The translations under genes were made by a program, and so were the position numbers. A stretch of DNA of 64,000 bases, taken from positions 1,521-65,520 of the forward strand of contig CABQKC010000008.1 of NCBI GenBank assembly GCA_902464635.1, written 5' to 3'. The DNA comes from an uncultured Bacillales bacterium. GTDB lineage: Bacteria > Bacillota_I > Bacilli_A > RFN20 > CAG-826. Of the stretch, positions 7,405-18,210 are shown piece by piece. Below the pieces are notes generated by a model. It had not been told where the DNA came from. It saw only the letters and a program-made list of their open reading frames with translations, and made no database searches. Positions within the stretch are counted from its first letter, which is position 1. Every line of letters starts with the position of its first letter.

Positions 7405-10400
7405 ATTATTTTTATGGTTCCAATCTCAAATTTTCCTAGAGAAATCTTTATTCTTCCGTCAACTACTTCTAATCGTTTTATCTCTTTCTCTAAAAGGTTG
7501 CATAGATATGCCGCTTTAAAATCAAAGGAAGGTTTTAGGTAAGCTTCATTACTTTTCCCATGTCCCTCATAAAGGCGGCAAACAAACCCTTCTCCTTCCT
7601 CTGCTTTCTTTATGGTTTCTAAATAAACCCCATCACCTTCTAGCTCAAAAAAGCTTTTTTGCGACTCTAAAGTCGGTTTGGTTAAACTATTTTTATCAAT
7701 ATGAATATATAGCAACGGCCTATTAACAGCATAAGCCTCTTCGATAACTTTGGATCTTTGATAATTATATTTATGAGGATACAAGGAATATGTAAATGTA
7801 GTCACTTCCATAGAAGCGTCTTCATAAGGATACGATTCGGATTTAAGAACAGTTAAAGACAATACACCGTCTTTTATCCCGTAACCGTATTTGCAATCAT
7901 TCAAAACGGCTAATCCCAGTTTATCATTTGACATATCAACCCATTTTTGGCAACACACTTCAAACTTTGCTTCTTCAAAACTATTAGATGGCTTCATGCT
8001 TCTAGTTAAATTGCCAAACTGAATATCAAATTGAGCATTGTCATATTCAAAATTTAATGGGAAGAAAATCTTTAAAAGTTGTCGTTTTTCATGCCAATCT
8101 ATATTGTTAACCACATCTATTCTATCAATAGAAGAATATAGATATATTATTTGTTCTATAGTGGAAGAAAGATATTTTCGTACTATCCTTATTCCTTTTC
8201 TATCTCCTTCATCTAAGTAGGAAAAAGCAGCAGCAGAATCAATCTTATATTTCTTTTCATAGTAATAAGGGGTTAATTCCCAGTTATCATATTGATATGG
8301 CATGTCTTCGAAACAATAAAATGCATTAATGGGGTCGTTATTTTTGACAAATTCCATATTTAAACGTTTGTCATAAAGAGAGATAATTTCCCCTTTTTCA
8401 TTAAGGGTTAACTTAAAATACTTATTCTCAATTGTCTTGTCTTTGATTAAGACGCTGCCGTGCTCTTCTTTGTTTATAGATAATGTCTTATAGCCAAAAG
8501 ATGGAACCCCTTTTACCTCGTGGCAGATACCATCTAATAAAATATACCCATCCATAGTAAAACTATTTGGATTAAAAACTAAGTAATCATCATTTGTTTT
8601 TATGATTTCAGAAAGTAATTTTAAATTAGATTCAATTGTCTTAGATGTGAAATCAAATAGGCTCGCAAATTGAATATCGCTATCTAGATACACTTTCTCT
8701 ATAGCAGATCCCGGCAATATGTCATGAAATTGATTTTGTAACAAAACCCTCCATTGCTTATCCAATTCTTCTTTTGGATAAGCATTTAACGACAGCAAGC
8801 TATTGATTGATGAAGTCACTTCGACATTAGACAAAGCAAACTCGGCATATCTATTGTTCTTTTTAATTCTTGGGACAGAAGTATAGGTGCCCCTATGATA
8901 CTCAAAATAGAGTTCATCATTCCAAAATGGACGATTCTTACTTTTTTTGCAACCCTCGTCGAACTTCTTTTCAATTTCATCCAAAGTCTTGCCTAATGTC
9001 GATAATCTAGTCTTGCCTAAACCCGGCAAACCATAAGCAAATCTAGATTCTCTTTCTATCATTTCCTTAGTCGGACCACCGCCTCCATCACCATACCCGA
9101 ACACGGTGAATGTTAAGTTATTAAGTTCCTTTTGCTGATATCTATTCCACGTTCCTAGTAATTGGCTAGCAGTTATAACCCCCACATAATTAGTGTATGT
9201 TGTGTCTTGAATCCCAATTCTAGGATTAGCATCGCAAGTAGATATTAAATAAGTGAATACACTTGAACCATCGATGCCAACCCAATCGAATGTATCATAT
9301 GGAAATCTATTAGTGTCATTCCATCCGATTTTGGCCGTAACAAAACGCTTTATACCGCATTTATTCATTATCTGAGGCAGTTGAGCGGAATAGCCAAATA
9401 CATCAGGCAAGAACAAACAAGAGCAATCAACATCGAATTCTTTTTTGAAATAATTAATCCCATACAAGAATTGCCTAACTAACGATTCGCCGGAAGTTAA
9501 ATTGCAATCCGCCTCGACCCACATCGAACCATCTAGTTCAAATCGGCCCTCCTTGACCTTTTCTTTTATTTTGTTAAAAAGAGATGGGTTATCTTCTTTT
9601 AAATATTCAAATAGCTGCGGGGTCGTATGGAAATAAGTGAAATCTTTATATTGATCCATTAAATTCAAGACAGTAGAAAAGGTCCTTTGGCTTTTTAGCC
9701 TTGTTTGTTTTAGATCCCAAAGCCAGGCGACATCAATATGGGAATGGCCTATGCAATTAATTATATTGTTTTGTTTTCCACAAAAAGAGATAAAGAATTT
9801 TCCTTTTAAATATTCTCTAGCTCTTGTAACCGAGTCAAAAAAAGATGAAGAACAAATCTGCCTGAAATCAAGAATATTCATTGCATTATCGACGATAGGT
9901 AAGGCATCTAAATACCTCTGGTCATCCTTTTCTAGCATTTGAAGTGATTCCAAAATAGTTTCAAAATCGTAATAAGCCTGTTCCACTCTTTTATCTTTGT
10001 ATTTAATTGAAAAATATAATGGGAAAGAAAACTGAAATGAGTGGGTATAGAAATCCAATAGCATTTCATAGTGCCCATCATCTAGCAAGACTTCGTGATG
10101 GTTTATATCAATGCCTTGAATCAATTCTCCGTTTAAATACAAAAGACCTTGGGGTCTAATCGTAGATGCCACCCCATTAATAAATGTATCTATGCAAAGA
10201 TATGCGTTTTGGTTTTCCTCTTTCTTAATATCGAAACTAGCCTTGAAAAGAATATATTTATTTTCCTCGAAGATAATCCATGGAGATTTGAACTCATTGA
10301 ACACACAGCCTTTTCTATTAGCAGAATCATCTTCAAAACAGTCGCTTCGTTCCACACGAATAGGGAAGATGTATCTAGAAACGCTAAACCTAGATAAAGC

Positions 10401-10442
10401 ATCGACTGTCGTAGATAATTTTTCTTCGATGTTTAATTTCAT
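7401..10442 (-). CDS. GH38 alpha-mannosidase (cytoplasmic)
   Basis: IGHSHIDVAWLW is the GH38 N-terminal metal/catalytic motif. At 1013 aa with no signal peptide, its size and layout match Firmicute intracellular alpha-mannosidases. Confidence 0.85.
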   Translation of the reverse strand: MKLNIEEKLSTTVDALSRFSVSRYIFPIRVERSDCFEDDSANRKGCVFNEFKSPWIIFEENKYILFKASFDIKKEENQNAYLCIDTFINGVASTIRPQGLLYLNGELIQGIDINHHEVLLDDGHYEMLLDFYTHSFQFSFPLYFSIKYKDKRVEQAYYDFETILESLQMLEKDDQRYLDALPIVDNAMNILDFRQICSSSFFDSVTRAREYLKGKFFISFCGKQNNIINCIGHSHIDVAWLWDLKQTRLKSQRTFSTVLNLMDQYKDFTYFHTTPQLFEYLKEDNPSLFNKIKEKVKEGRFELDGSMWVEADCNLTSGESLVRQFLYGINYFKKEFDVDCSCLFLPDVFGYSAQLPQIMNKCGIKRFVTAKIGWNDTNRFPYDTFDWVGIDGSSVFTYLISTCDANPRIGIQDTTYTNYVGVITASQLLGTWNRYQQKELNNLTFTVFGYGDGGGGPTKEMIERESRFAYGLPGLGKTRLSTLGKTLDEIEKKFDEGCKKSKNRPFWNDELYFEYHRGTYTSVPRIKKNNRYAEFALSNVEVTSSINSLLSLNAYPKEELDKQWRVLLQNQFHDILPGSAIEKVYLDSDIQFASLFDFTSKTIESNLKLLSEIIKTNDDYLVFNPNSFTMDGYILLDGICHEVKGVPSFGYKTLSINKEEHGSVLIKDKTIENKYFKLTLNEKGEIISLYDKRLNMEFVKNNDPINAFYCFEDMPYQYDNWELTPYYYEKKYKIDSAAAFSYLDEGDRKGIRIVRKYLSSTIEQIIYLYSSIDRIDVVNNIDWHEKRQLLKIFFPLNFEYDNAQFDIQFGNLTRSMKPSNSFEEAKFEVCCQKWVDMSNDKLGLAVLNDCKYGYGIKDGVLSLTVLKSESYPYEDASMEVTTFTYSLYPHKYNYQRSKVIEEAYAVNRPLLYIHIDKNSLTKPTLESQKSFFELEGDGVYLETIKKAEEGEGFVCRLYEGHGKSNEAYLKPSFDFKAAYLCNLLEKEIKRLEVVDGRIKISLGKFEIGTIKII

Positions 10443-12727
10443 AAGACCCCCAACGATGTTGCATTATCTTTTCCAATCAAGGCAGTAATTTCATCATATG
10501 TGGAATAAATCTTTGTCTTATTTTCCTTAACATTAAAGCACACCAATGAGGAGGAGAAGTCATTGATTGTTACATTGTTCATCTTTAACAAACCTTGAAA
10601 AGAATTTCTATTGTCAATGTCATAATAAAGTTGTCCGATAGAAGAAGAATAGCCTATGTCCTTGCTGCCTTTATTAATAATCAAAACATTGTCCAAAGCA
10701 ATTACATCGATTCTATTTTCCTTATAACCTATCGTTCCAAGTAGACCGGTGTTATTAAATCTTTCATCGCCTTTTCCTAAAGAGACTTCAATAGTTAAGT
10801 TCGAATAATGGCCGCCATAAGAATAAGCTGTAACAAAATCACTTCCCCAATAGCTATCTAAACTGCTTCCTTTCATCGTCAAATCGAATACACGGGTCTC
10901 TTTTCCTGATGAATGAATCAAAGCACCATCCAAGGATGAAACAGTAAAATTAGAAATAGTTTTCTTATTTCCATCAACAAGTCCTTTAAAAGAATTGTCT
11001 TTCCCCTTTGTCGAATTAAGTCCAATTGAATTGTCCCTTGTCCATGTTTTTGAGCAATTGATATCGTTCAATAATTTAAAATAACCATATGTCGATAAAT
11101 TGCCCTTTATGTCAATTAAGTCACAGGTATATTTATTCATGCCAAACAAATCTTCTTCATTATTAATCAACAATGAATAAATGGTTAAATCCAAATAAGA
11201 TAATGTGCCGTTTTTATGAGTTAATATAAAACCAGTAGGTTCTTCTGCTGCCATGTATTTTTCAAAAATTAATGTATTATCTACAATAGACATTTCTTTA
11301 TTAGAAACTGAAAGAGCCTTTATAACGTCATTGTCCAAACGGTAACCATTTTTGACATCGCAAATGTCTTCTTTTACTTCAATTAGTTCATGGCAATTCA
11401 AGCAAAAAGCACCATTGCCTTCTTTTTTAAAATTGTGGCAAAGTGGTTTGGTATCAAACTCAATTGTTTCGCTACCATTTTTATAGATAGCATGCCCAGG
11501 AGTGACACAAGTTTCCATTATATTCTTGCTAGATAAAACATCTCTATCCAGCCCAAGCATGATCGATTTCATTGAATTAATGTCATCTTGACTAACACCA
11601 ATTACATTCACTAAAAATTTATTAAAGCACATCTCTAGTGAATCATCTTTATCACCGGCAGACTTCACCACATCCATAAAAGCGCCCCACCTGGCATCCA
11701 CTCCGCCACTGGTATCATATCTAGATAAATCAAAATCTGTTTGGTCTATATTACTAGCGCTTCTCCACCTGTTTCCTTGTTTAGAAAAACTTGTTAATTC
11801 GTAATCCCTAATCAAATCACCTTCGCTAACACCAAGTACGCCATTAATTAAAGCACATAAGGTACCTGTTCTATCCGCCCCGGCAGAACAATGAATATAA
11901 AATGGATAATTATTCCTATCTGCCAAATAGGAGAATATTTTCCTATTCATTGGCTTTGATGTTTCCTTAATGATTGCGTCATACATTTGATAAGGAAATT
12001 TGTCGTCTTTTAAATAAGTCCTGTCATACAAATCAAATGATTTTTCTGCAAAAGCGGCATATGTTTGTCCTAAATCATCTTCATCATTCCTTAAATCCAA
12101 TTCGGTTTTTACGCCCATGGTATTTCTAATCATGTCCAGGCCTTTGTCAGTTAAACAGTTATCTCCGTTTAATCTAGCACCTCTATAAATAAGCCCATAT
12201 TGGACTTCTTTGCCATTAGAAACATTCCACCCGCCTAAATCTCTAACATTGTTCGTGCCTTCGACATTCATATAACGAACAGTCAAATGCTTTTCTTTTT
12301 CTATTTTTATCTTTCCTTTTTTCAGGAAGTGGTTTGAATTATCTAAAACTTCATAATAATAAGTTTTACCTGGAATAGGGTCTTTTATTATATAGGAAGA
12401 TGAAACGGTTGAAATTTCATAATAAGAAGAAAAGTCTTCTTTATCTGAAATGGAAATAGTATACGGGCCTTCGTTAGAAGCTTCAAAGGAAATAACTACG
12501 GATTTTGAATAATCATACGTTGAAGTCAGGTTATAACGATAATGGTCATTCAGTGCTTGAAACTGTTTCTTTTGTTCTTCCTGGACAAGATAGTTTTTCA
12601 TTTCATCAGGAATTAAAGAAATAGTTTCTTCTTGATAAGGGATGCTTTCTTTAGAAGAAGAAATACTAGTTTCCCCATTACAAGAGACAAGAAGAAAAGG
12701 AATTGCTAAATAAATAATTTTTTTCAT
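10439..12727 (-). CDS. Surface lipoprotein with central protein-tyrosine-phosphatase-like domain (Y_phosphatase3/PF13350-like, CX5R)
   Basis: The ATG at 12727 gives MKKIIYLAIPFLLVSC (lipobox) with AAGGAGG upstream. NVRDLGGW...YRGARL...HCSAGADRTG is the PTP P-loop. A Cys/His knuckle and a ~300-aa C-terminal domain follow. Confidence 0.75.
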   Translation of the reverse strand: MKKIIYLAIPFLLVSCNGETSISSSKESIPYQEETISLIPDEMKNYLVQEEQKKQFQALNDHYRYNLTSTYDYSKSVVISFEASNEGPYTISISDKEDFSSYYEISTVSSSYIIKDPIPGKTYYYEVLDNSNHFLKKGKIKIEKEKHLTVRYMNVEGTNNVRDLGGWNVSNGKEVQYGLIYRGARLNGDNCLTDKGLDMIRNTMGVKTELDLRNDEDDLGQTYAAFAEKSFDLYDRTYLKDDKFPYQMYDAIIKETSKPMNRKIFSYLADRNNYPFYIHCSAGADRTGTLCALINGVLGVSEGDLIRDYELTSFSKQGNRWRSASNIDQTDFDLSRYDTSGGVDARWGAFMDVVKSAGDKDDSLEMCFNKFLVNVIGVSQDDINSMKSIMLGLDRDVLSSKNIMETCVTPGHAIYKNGSETIEFDTKPLCHNFKKEGNGAFCLNCHELIEVKEDICDVKNGYRLDNDVIKALSVSNKEMSIVDNTLIFEKYMAAEEPTGFILTHKNGTLSYLDLTIYSLLINNEEDLFGMNKYTCDLIDIKGNLSTYGYFKLLNDINCSKTWTRDNSIGLNSTKGKDNSFKGLVDGNKKTISNFTVSSLDGALIHSSGKETRVFDLTMKGSSLDSYWGSDFVTAYSYGGHYSNLTIEVSLGKGDERFNNTGLLGTIGYKENRIDVIALDNVLIINKGSKDIGYSSSIGQLYYDIDNRNSFQGLLKMNNVTINDFSSSLVCFNVKENKTKIYSTYDEITALIGKDNATSLGVL

Positions 12728-12728
12728 A

Positions 12729-15683
12729 TTAAGCAGCCTCCTTGATACCATAAATGCTAGTTATCTTCCAAACTGAAGTAGACGAAGATGAGAAATATAA
12801 ATACATGTCCCCACTATTTTCCTCATTATTAAACCATTCGCTCTTCGACAAACTAATCCTGTTATATCCTTCTTTTAAGGCGAATCTAGGACCCCTCCAA
12901 CTCTTGTCGTATTGAAAGATTAATGAAGATGTCCCGCTAGAAGAAGACACATATACATAGAAGAAGGCACTCTCGTAAGAAGATAGTTTCTTCAAAACAT
13001 CATTTTTTAAAACCCCGACAAAAAAGGTATTCCCGGAAGCTACTTCGCCTTCTAAAGTTGAACCATATGCAAAATCACTAGATTCGGAGTCTAATGAATA
13101 AGAAGATGTATTCGCTTCATAAGCAAGTTCCATTTCTTTTATCGTCGAATACAGTTCGTTTAATTTAGCGAAATTAGTTACACGATTTTTAGCCTGCTCA
13201 TCTAATTTTCTATAAGCTTCCATCAGTGATAAAACCTTCATAGAATCTTTTTCGTCTTTTATATCTAAAGGCAATTCGTCAATTCTAGAAATGATAGAAG
13301 ATGTATATTTAGAATAATTAATCCCATAATAAGGGGTCATCTTCCAAGAAGGAGAAGCTAAATCTCCCATTAGCATCAAGAAACTTCTTGACCCCGTTAT
13401 TTTAGAAGCTTCTATTTCCAATTTGTTCCAACTATTTGGAAGCAAAGCAAAGTAAGACAAAACTTCCCAATTGCCATTTGATGGATTAACGTTAAAGAAA
13501 TTGCCACTCACGTTTTTATTTAATGGGTTATAAACGTAGGTAACGACTTTTGCATAATTAGAAATCTCAAAGGAAGAATTCTCGAACTGAAGAAGACTTG
13601 GAAAAAGCATTTTGGAAACATTAATTGAATATATTTTGCCCATGTCCGGATCAAAATCTTCTTTAACCGTTCCTTCCCAGTTATAGTCCAAACCTTTTGA
13701 AATGGTATCGCCTTCGCCATAACTAATTCCGTAATATTTGTTTTTATTAGATATCAACGAAATAATTGACTCATTAGCGCATTCTTTTACCAAATACGAA
13801 TTCTGCAAAGAAATTAACAGCGGCGAAAGCTCATCATCGCTTACTCCGTCAATAATAGAGCGAACATAATCGTTAACAATTGATTTGCTTTTTATAGAAT
13901 TCAATAAAGAATTTATTATAACTTCGGCGTTTTCATATAAGCTTCCCAAAGTCTCTATTTGGTCTTTACTCATTTTTGAATAGGCTTCATAAAATGAAAC
14001 AAGAGAAGGGACATCGCTGGTTAAAAGATCATTTTCTTTTGGTAATCCAAACATGGATAAATAAGTATAAGCAAGCTCAAACGAACTGTTTTTATAACAA
14101 ATTAATTTGGTTAGGGATAACTTCTCCCCTTTTCTAACTTCTAACCTAAAAGAAACCAAATCATTAAAAGACAAATAATCTAGTTGAATTAAATTCCATC
14201 CCTTGTTTAGTTTTTGAGTTTTAATGACGCTACCATCAAAACCAATCAATGACGATTCTGTACCAAATTCACTATAAATACTAAATGAAGCTTCTTCTAC
14301 AGATGATAGGTTTTTGATTTTCTTGTTAAACCTAATATCTAATACACCGGTTTCGTTTGGAACAACATCTAATCCGTTTTGAGTGCAATTCACGCCACTT
14401 AAAAACAGCGGATTATCCTCGACCAAGGCATTCCCGATATCCTTGAATTCGGATTTATAGCCCATTACTTGTCCAAAATAAAGAGCACCAGAAGATGTAG
14501 TAGACAGCCCATTTTTAAGCTGATTGACAATAATGCCGTAACTTGAATTTACCAATGTTTCTGTATTAACTTTAACACTAGTCCAAACATTAGGCTCACA
14601 GTCAACATAATTTCCGTTCCACCCAAAATAAACTCGTTTAATTTGATTGTTTTCCTTATCCTCATTAAACAAATGGAAAACAGTATAGTCATACTCCAAA
14701 ACATCGTTTGGCAGTGTATACCCTAAATAGTTCCAAACCGTACCAAAGAAACTAGCCCTTAATGAACCTTTTTCATCTTCGTAAGCAACACTATGTTGAT
14801 ATAAAAACTCAAGATCTCCGCCAACTGTCTTGTGGTTATATAATTCTCCAACTCCAATAAAACTATCAAAGCCAAGCATCTCTTTTACTAAATCGCCTTC
14901 GTTTTTCTCGTTTATTATTTTTGCTAACGATTGAATTGACGAAAGCAATTTGGAGTAGTTATTTACAACTCTTCTATATAAATCAGGTAAAGAAGCATAT
15001 TCTTCATATAATGCTTCTAGCGTTTCGTAATCTTCATATTTAATTTCGCTTGGAAGAAGAGAAATTTTATACTGCAAAGAGTTTATTTTCTCTTCATATT
15101 TCTGGTCATCCTCATTACTAGCTAATCCAAGTTTAACCCTTAAATTATCAACATAAAAAGTACCAGTACCATCACTAGTAAATCTAAAAACGACACCTTT
15201 GATAGACTCATAATTGCTTTTTATAGCGATAGAAGACAAAGAGAAATCAATCTTATTCCAGCTAGAATTAGTCAAAATAACTGTCTTAGTCAAAAGGTTG
15301 TCCAAAGATGAAGAATTATAGATATTAACATTTAAGGGAACATCTTTTGTTGAAGCGTTAAATATATCTATCGAAACCGAATTTAAGATTGATTTATCAA
15401 AAATATCAACCCCATTATATGAAAATGGGAACATTAATTCTTGAATGCTTCCTTGATCTATTGTTAGTTTTAAAGAGGAAGAACCGCTAGTTACATATTT
15501 GCTATCTTCGTTCAAAGAATAAGAGAGGTGGCTTGAGGTGTCGGTTCTAACGGTTTTAAATTTATATAAATCAGAAATAGATTCAAAATCGTTAAGACAA
15601 ATTGAATCATTACGAGTTTGTTCCTGGTTACATCCAAATAGAAGAGGCAAGGAAAGCAAGAAAGAACACAAAATCTTTTTCAT
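12729..15683 (-). CDS. Large surface lipoprotein, CBM-like beta-sandwich modules separated by helical repeat motifs
   Basis: The ATG at 15683 gives MKKILCSFLLSLPLLFGC (lipobox), with GGAGG 8 nt upstream. FYVDNLRV, WKMTPYYGINY and WKITSIYGIK are module-end motifs shared with 21733-23892. Confidence 0.65.
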   Translation of the reverse strand: MKKILCSFLLSLPLLFGCNQEQTRNDSICLNDFESISDLYKFKTVRTDTSSHLSYSLNEDSKYVTSGSSSLKLTIDQGSIQELMFPFSYNGVDIFDKSILNSVSIDIFNASTKDVPLNVNIYNSSSLDNLLTKTVILTNSSWNKIDFSLSSIAIKSNYESIKGVVFRFTSDGTGTFYVDNLRVKLGLASNEDDQKYEEKINSLQYKISLLPSEIKYEDYETLEALYEEYASLPDLYRRVVNNYSKLLSSIQSLAKIINEKNEGDLVKEMLGFDSFIGVGELYNHKTVGGDLEFLYQHSVAYEDEKGSLRASFFGTVWNYLGYTLPNDVLEYDYTVFHLFNEDKENNQIKRVYFGWNGNYVDCEPNVWTSVKVNTETLVNSSYGIIVNQLKNGLSTTSSGALYFGQVMGYKSEFKDIGNALVEDNPLFLSGVNCTQNGLDVVPNETGVLDIRFNKKIKNLSSVEEASFSIYSEFGTESSLIGFDGSVIKTQKLNKGWNLIQLDYLSFNDLVSFRLEVRKGEKLSLTKLICYKNSSFELAYTYLSMFGLPKENDLLTSDVPSLVSFYEAYSKMSKDQIETLGSLYENAEVIINSLLNSIKSKSIVNDYVRSIIDGVSDDELSPLLISLQNSYLVKECANESIISLISNKNKYYGISYGEGDTISKGLDYNWEGTVKEDFDPDMGKIYSINVSKMLFPSLLQFENSSFEISNYAKVVTYVYNPLNKNVSGNFFNVNPSNGNWEVLSYFALLPNSWNKLEIEASKITGSRSFLMLMGDLASPSWKMTPYYGINYSKYTSSIISRIDELPLDIKDEKDSMKVLSLMEAYRKLDEQAKNRVTNFAKLNELYSTIKEMELAYEANTSSYSLDSESSDFAYGSTLEGEVASGNTFFVGVLKNDVLKKLSSYESAFFYVYVSSSSGTSSLIFQYDKSWRGPRFALKEGYNRISLSKSEWFNNEENSGDMYLYFSSSSTSVWKITSIYGIKEAA

Positions 15684-15685
15684 AT

Positions 15686-18208
15686 TCACTTAGCCTCCTT
15701 ATTGCCGACTAAATTGGATATAGTCAATTCTCTTGCAGGGTAAAGCGAGGCATTACCATTCGAATCAAATTTAACGTTTTTGAAATAAAGTCTTATCTCC
15801 TTTGCGTTCTTTTTTGAATAAGATGATATAGAAGTTAAATCTATGTCTACTAATTTCCTAGAAGAATTAGCTTTGCAATAATTGGTTATTATTAATTCAT
15901 TGCTTTTTCCATTGTTAAGCCCAATGGAAAATTCAATATCCTCATTAGACAAATTGGAATAATCAAAGCTAAAAGAAGAATATTTATTTAAAGTGGTAAC
16001 AGGTATTCCTATATATGGGGTGAATTTCATAGTTGACGAGTCTATTTTCCCGTCTTCTTTAACATATTCAGAACCAATGCTTACCTTTATTTGGTTTGAA
16101 CCACTGCTTTCTTCTACTACTGTAGCAGCATTTTTACTCATAGAATCAATAGAAGAAAAATCATTCAACAAAGTCTGTCCACTTGCTTCCCTGATATAAG
16201 TTGAAGAGCCACTCTTTATGTTATATTTCGTGATTTCCCCATTATTTGGCAAAACTATCTTAAATCCTTGTCCCGACTTTTCTAAAGAAACATCTTTGCC
16301 GTTAATATTCAAGTTGCTATTAGAAGAATAAATAACAGTCTTTAAACCATCTTCTTGTTTTTCGTTTAATAAAAGAATACCGTCTTCGTTATCTAATTCG
16401 ATAATCTTTGAAGCAACCGTTTTCCTTGCATTGAAGAATTGTTTATCGTTAGATGTGCAAGTTGCCCCTGAGAACAACAAATTATAAACGTCCCCGATGT
16501 AGCTAGATAAACTCAGTTCTTCAATTCCATATTTATCTTTATAGGAATTAAGTTTCCTTTCCAAAACACAAAGCAAATCATAGTCATCCATCGAATCCCT
16601 ATAATTGGACAATCTATTTGATGCTATAGGAGTGTTTAATCCATATAGCCTTCCAGGATAAAGAAGATAACCATCACCTGGAGTTGTCTCATATCTAAGA
16701 GGATCATCATATGGATTAACAAGTTTGGATTCATCGTTTGATAAAGTTATTTTATTTACCTCATAATACAAATAACCATTTATGCCAATTTGTTTATTCA
16801 TCCACCCATTTACTCTCATATCAAGATTGTCATCATCGATATGAAACGTTGCAAATGGGTAATTTGGCCCTACACATGAATATGCCCATAAATCCGAATT
16901 AGACATATCTTTGCTTGCATCTTGATATCTTTGTTTAGTGGCAAAATCATCAAATAAAGACATATAAGGACAAAATGTTGTATGGTATTTGCCAACCCAT
17001 TCGTCCTTAAAAACAATGTTTGTAAAAATAGAAGGTATGTTTCTTATTTCTTTTTCTAATTCCAAGGCGAAATCTTTATCACTCAAAGAGGAAAAATAGC
17101 CTTCGCTATGTAGTATCCTTATCGCAGATTCTAATGTCTTGTCCAATTCTCCACCCACTTTTAATAGTCTTTCAGAAGCTGCGGCTTTTACAGGATCTGC
17201 ATCAGCCTCATCATAACTAGAAGGATAAAAATATGCGTATTTAATAAAATCGTTTTCCCTAGACGTAGACATCTTTGCTAAAGTCGTTATATAAGAAACG
17301 CACCTTTTCGCAGACTCATCGCTAGCCATATACGTTTGAGGGAAATCAAAAGGAATGACAATTGATGAAAAATTAGGATTGCCCCACTGCCTTAAAATAT
17401 CATTTTTAAAATCTACAAGATTATTCGAACCAGCATCTTGTATCACATAGGAATTTGTCTTGTAGTCATTAAGGAAATCAACATAGGAGTCTACTACTTT
17501 TTTAGAATTATCATATTCTCCATTAATTAACTCGTTCCGATAAATTAAGAAAGAAGTCTTAAATTCTCTCCTGCCTTCATACTTAATAGGCCACACTTCA
17601 ACACTGACATTTATTCTTTTTTTCACATCACCGATTTTTAAATCAAGATATCCTTCATATGATCCAGGATTGATGCCTTTTGAATCTATCTCAATAGTAA
17701 TGCCTTGGTTATAACCGCCATAAGCTTTGTTTTCCTTATGCTTTTTTGCAACTTCAAAAGGCAAAAGCATATCTGGAACCATGTCAAAAGAAGAATAGGC
17801 AGGATTCAAAGTTGATGCATTTGGTAACGTTATATATTTTTGGTAAAAAAGAGAAATATTAGAGGCAGGGATTTTCTCGCCTTTGCTAGAAGTAAGTTCA
17901 TTAATTGTGGCATCAACGTAAACGCTTTTTTCGCCTTCAAGAGAAATAATTATTTGGCTTCCTTCCTTTTCGTTTTGCATCATTTCGATATTCACATTTT
18001 CGCCAAGATTGAAATATCTTGCTTCATCTTCTTTATGGTTTCTTAAAACTTTTGTTGTTGAATAAGTCGAAAACAAAGAAAAATCTGCATGGGTAGTTTC
18101 TTCTTGATCTTCAATTCTTTTCGAAGTCGAAGAATATTGGTCTTGCCCACAAGAAAGAAGAACGAAAAATGCGCTTAAGAAAAGGAAGTTTTTACCAAAT
18201 TTTCTCAT
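15686..18208 (-). CDS. Lipoprotein, DUF4091/GH123-like putative glycoside hydrolase
   Basis: Signal LFLSAFFVLLSC. PGDGYLLYPG...SNRLSNYRDSMDDYDLL matches my recollection of the conserved DUF4091/GH123 block. The N-terminal VSVEVWPIKY resembles the family's N-domain motif. Confidence 0.55.
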   Translation of the reverse strand: MRKFGKNFLFLSAFFVLLSCGQDQYSSTSKRIEDQEETTHADFSLFSTYSTTKVLRNHKEDEARYFNLGENVNIEMMQNEKEGSQIIISLEGEKSVYVDATINELTSSKGEKIPASNISLFYQKYITLPNASTLNPAYSSFDMVPDMLLPFEVAKKHKENKAYGGYNQGITIEIDSKGINPGSYEGYLDLKIGDVKKRINVSVEVWPIKYEGRREFKTSFLIYRNELINGEYDNSKKVVDSYVDFLNDYKTNSYVIQDAGSNNLVDFKNDILRQWGNPNFSSIVIPFDFPQTYMASDESAKRCVSYITTLAKMSTSRENDFIKYAYFYPSSYDEADADPVKAAASERLLKVGGELDKTLESAIRILHSEGYFSSLSDKDFALELEKEIRNIPSIFTNIVFKDEWVGKYHTTFCPYMSLFDDFATKQRYQDASKDMSNSDLWAYSCVGPNYPFATFHIDDDNLDMRVNGWMNKQIGINGYLYYEVNKITLSNDESKLVNPYDDPLRYETTPGDGYLLYPGRLYGLNTPIASNRLSNYRDSMDDYDLLCVLERKLNSYKDKYGIEELSLSSYIGDVYNLLFSGATCTSNDKQFFNARKTVASKIIELDNEDGILLLNEKQEDGLKTVIYSSNSNLNINGKDVSLEKSGQGFKIVLPNNGEITKYNIKSGSSTYIREASGQTLLNDFSSIDSMSKNAATVVEESSGSNQIKVSIGSEYVKEDGKIDSSTMKFTPYIGIPVTTLNKYSSFSFDYSNLSNEDIEFSIGLNNGKSNELIITNYCKANSSRKLVDIDLTSISSYSKKNAKEIRLYFKNVKFDSNGNASLYPARELTISNLVGNKEAK

Positions 18209-18210
18209 AA

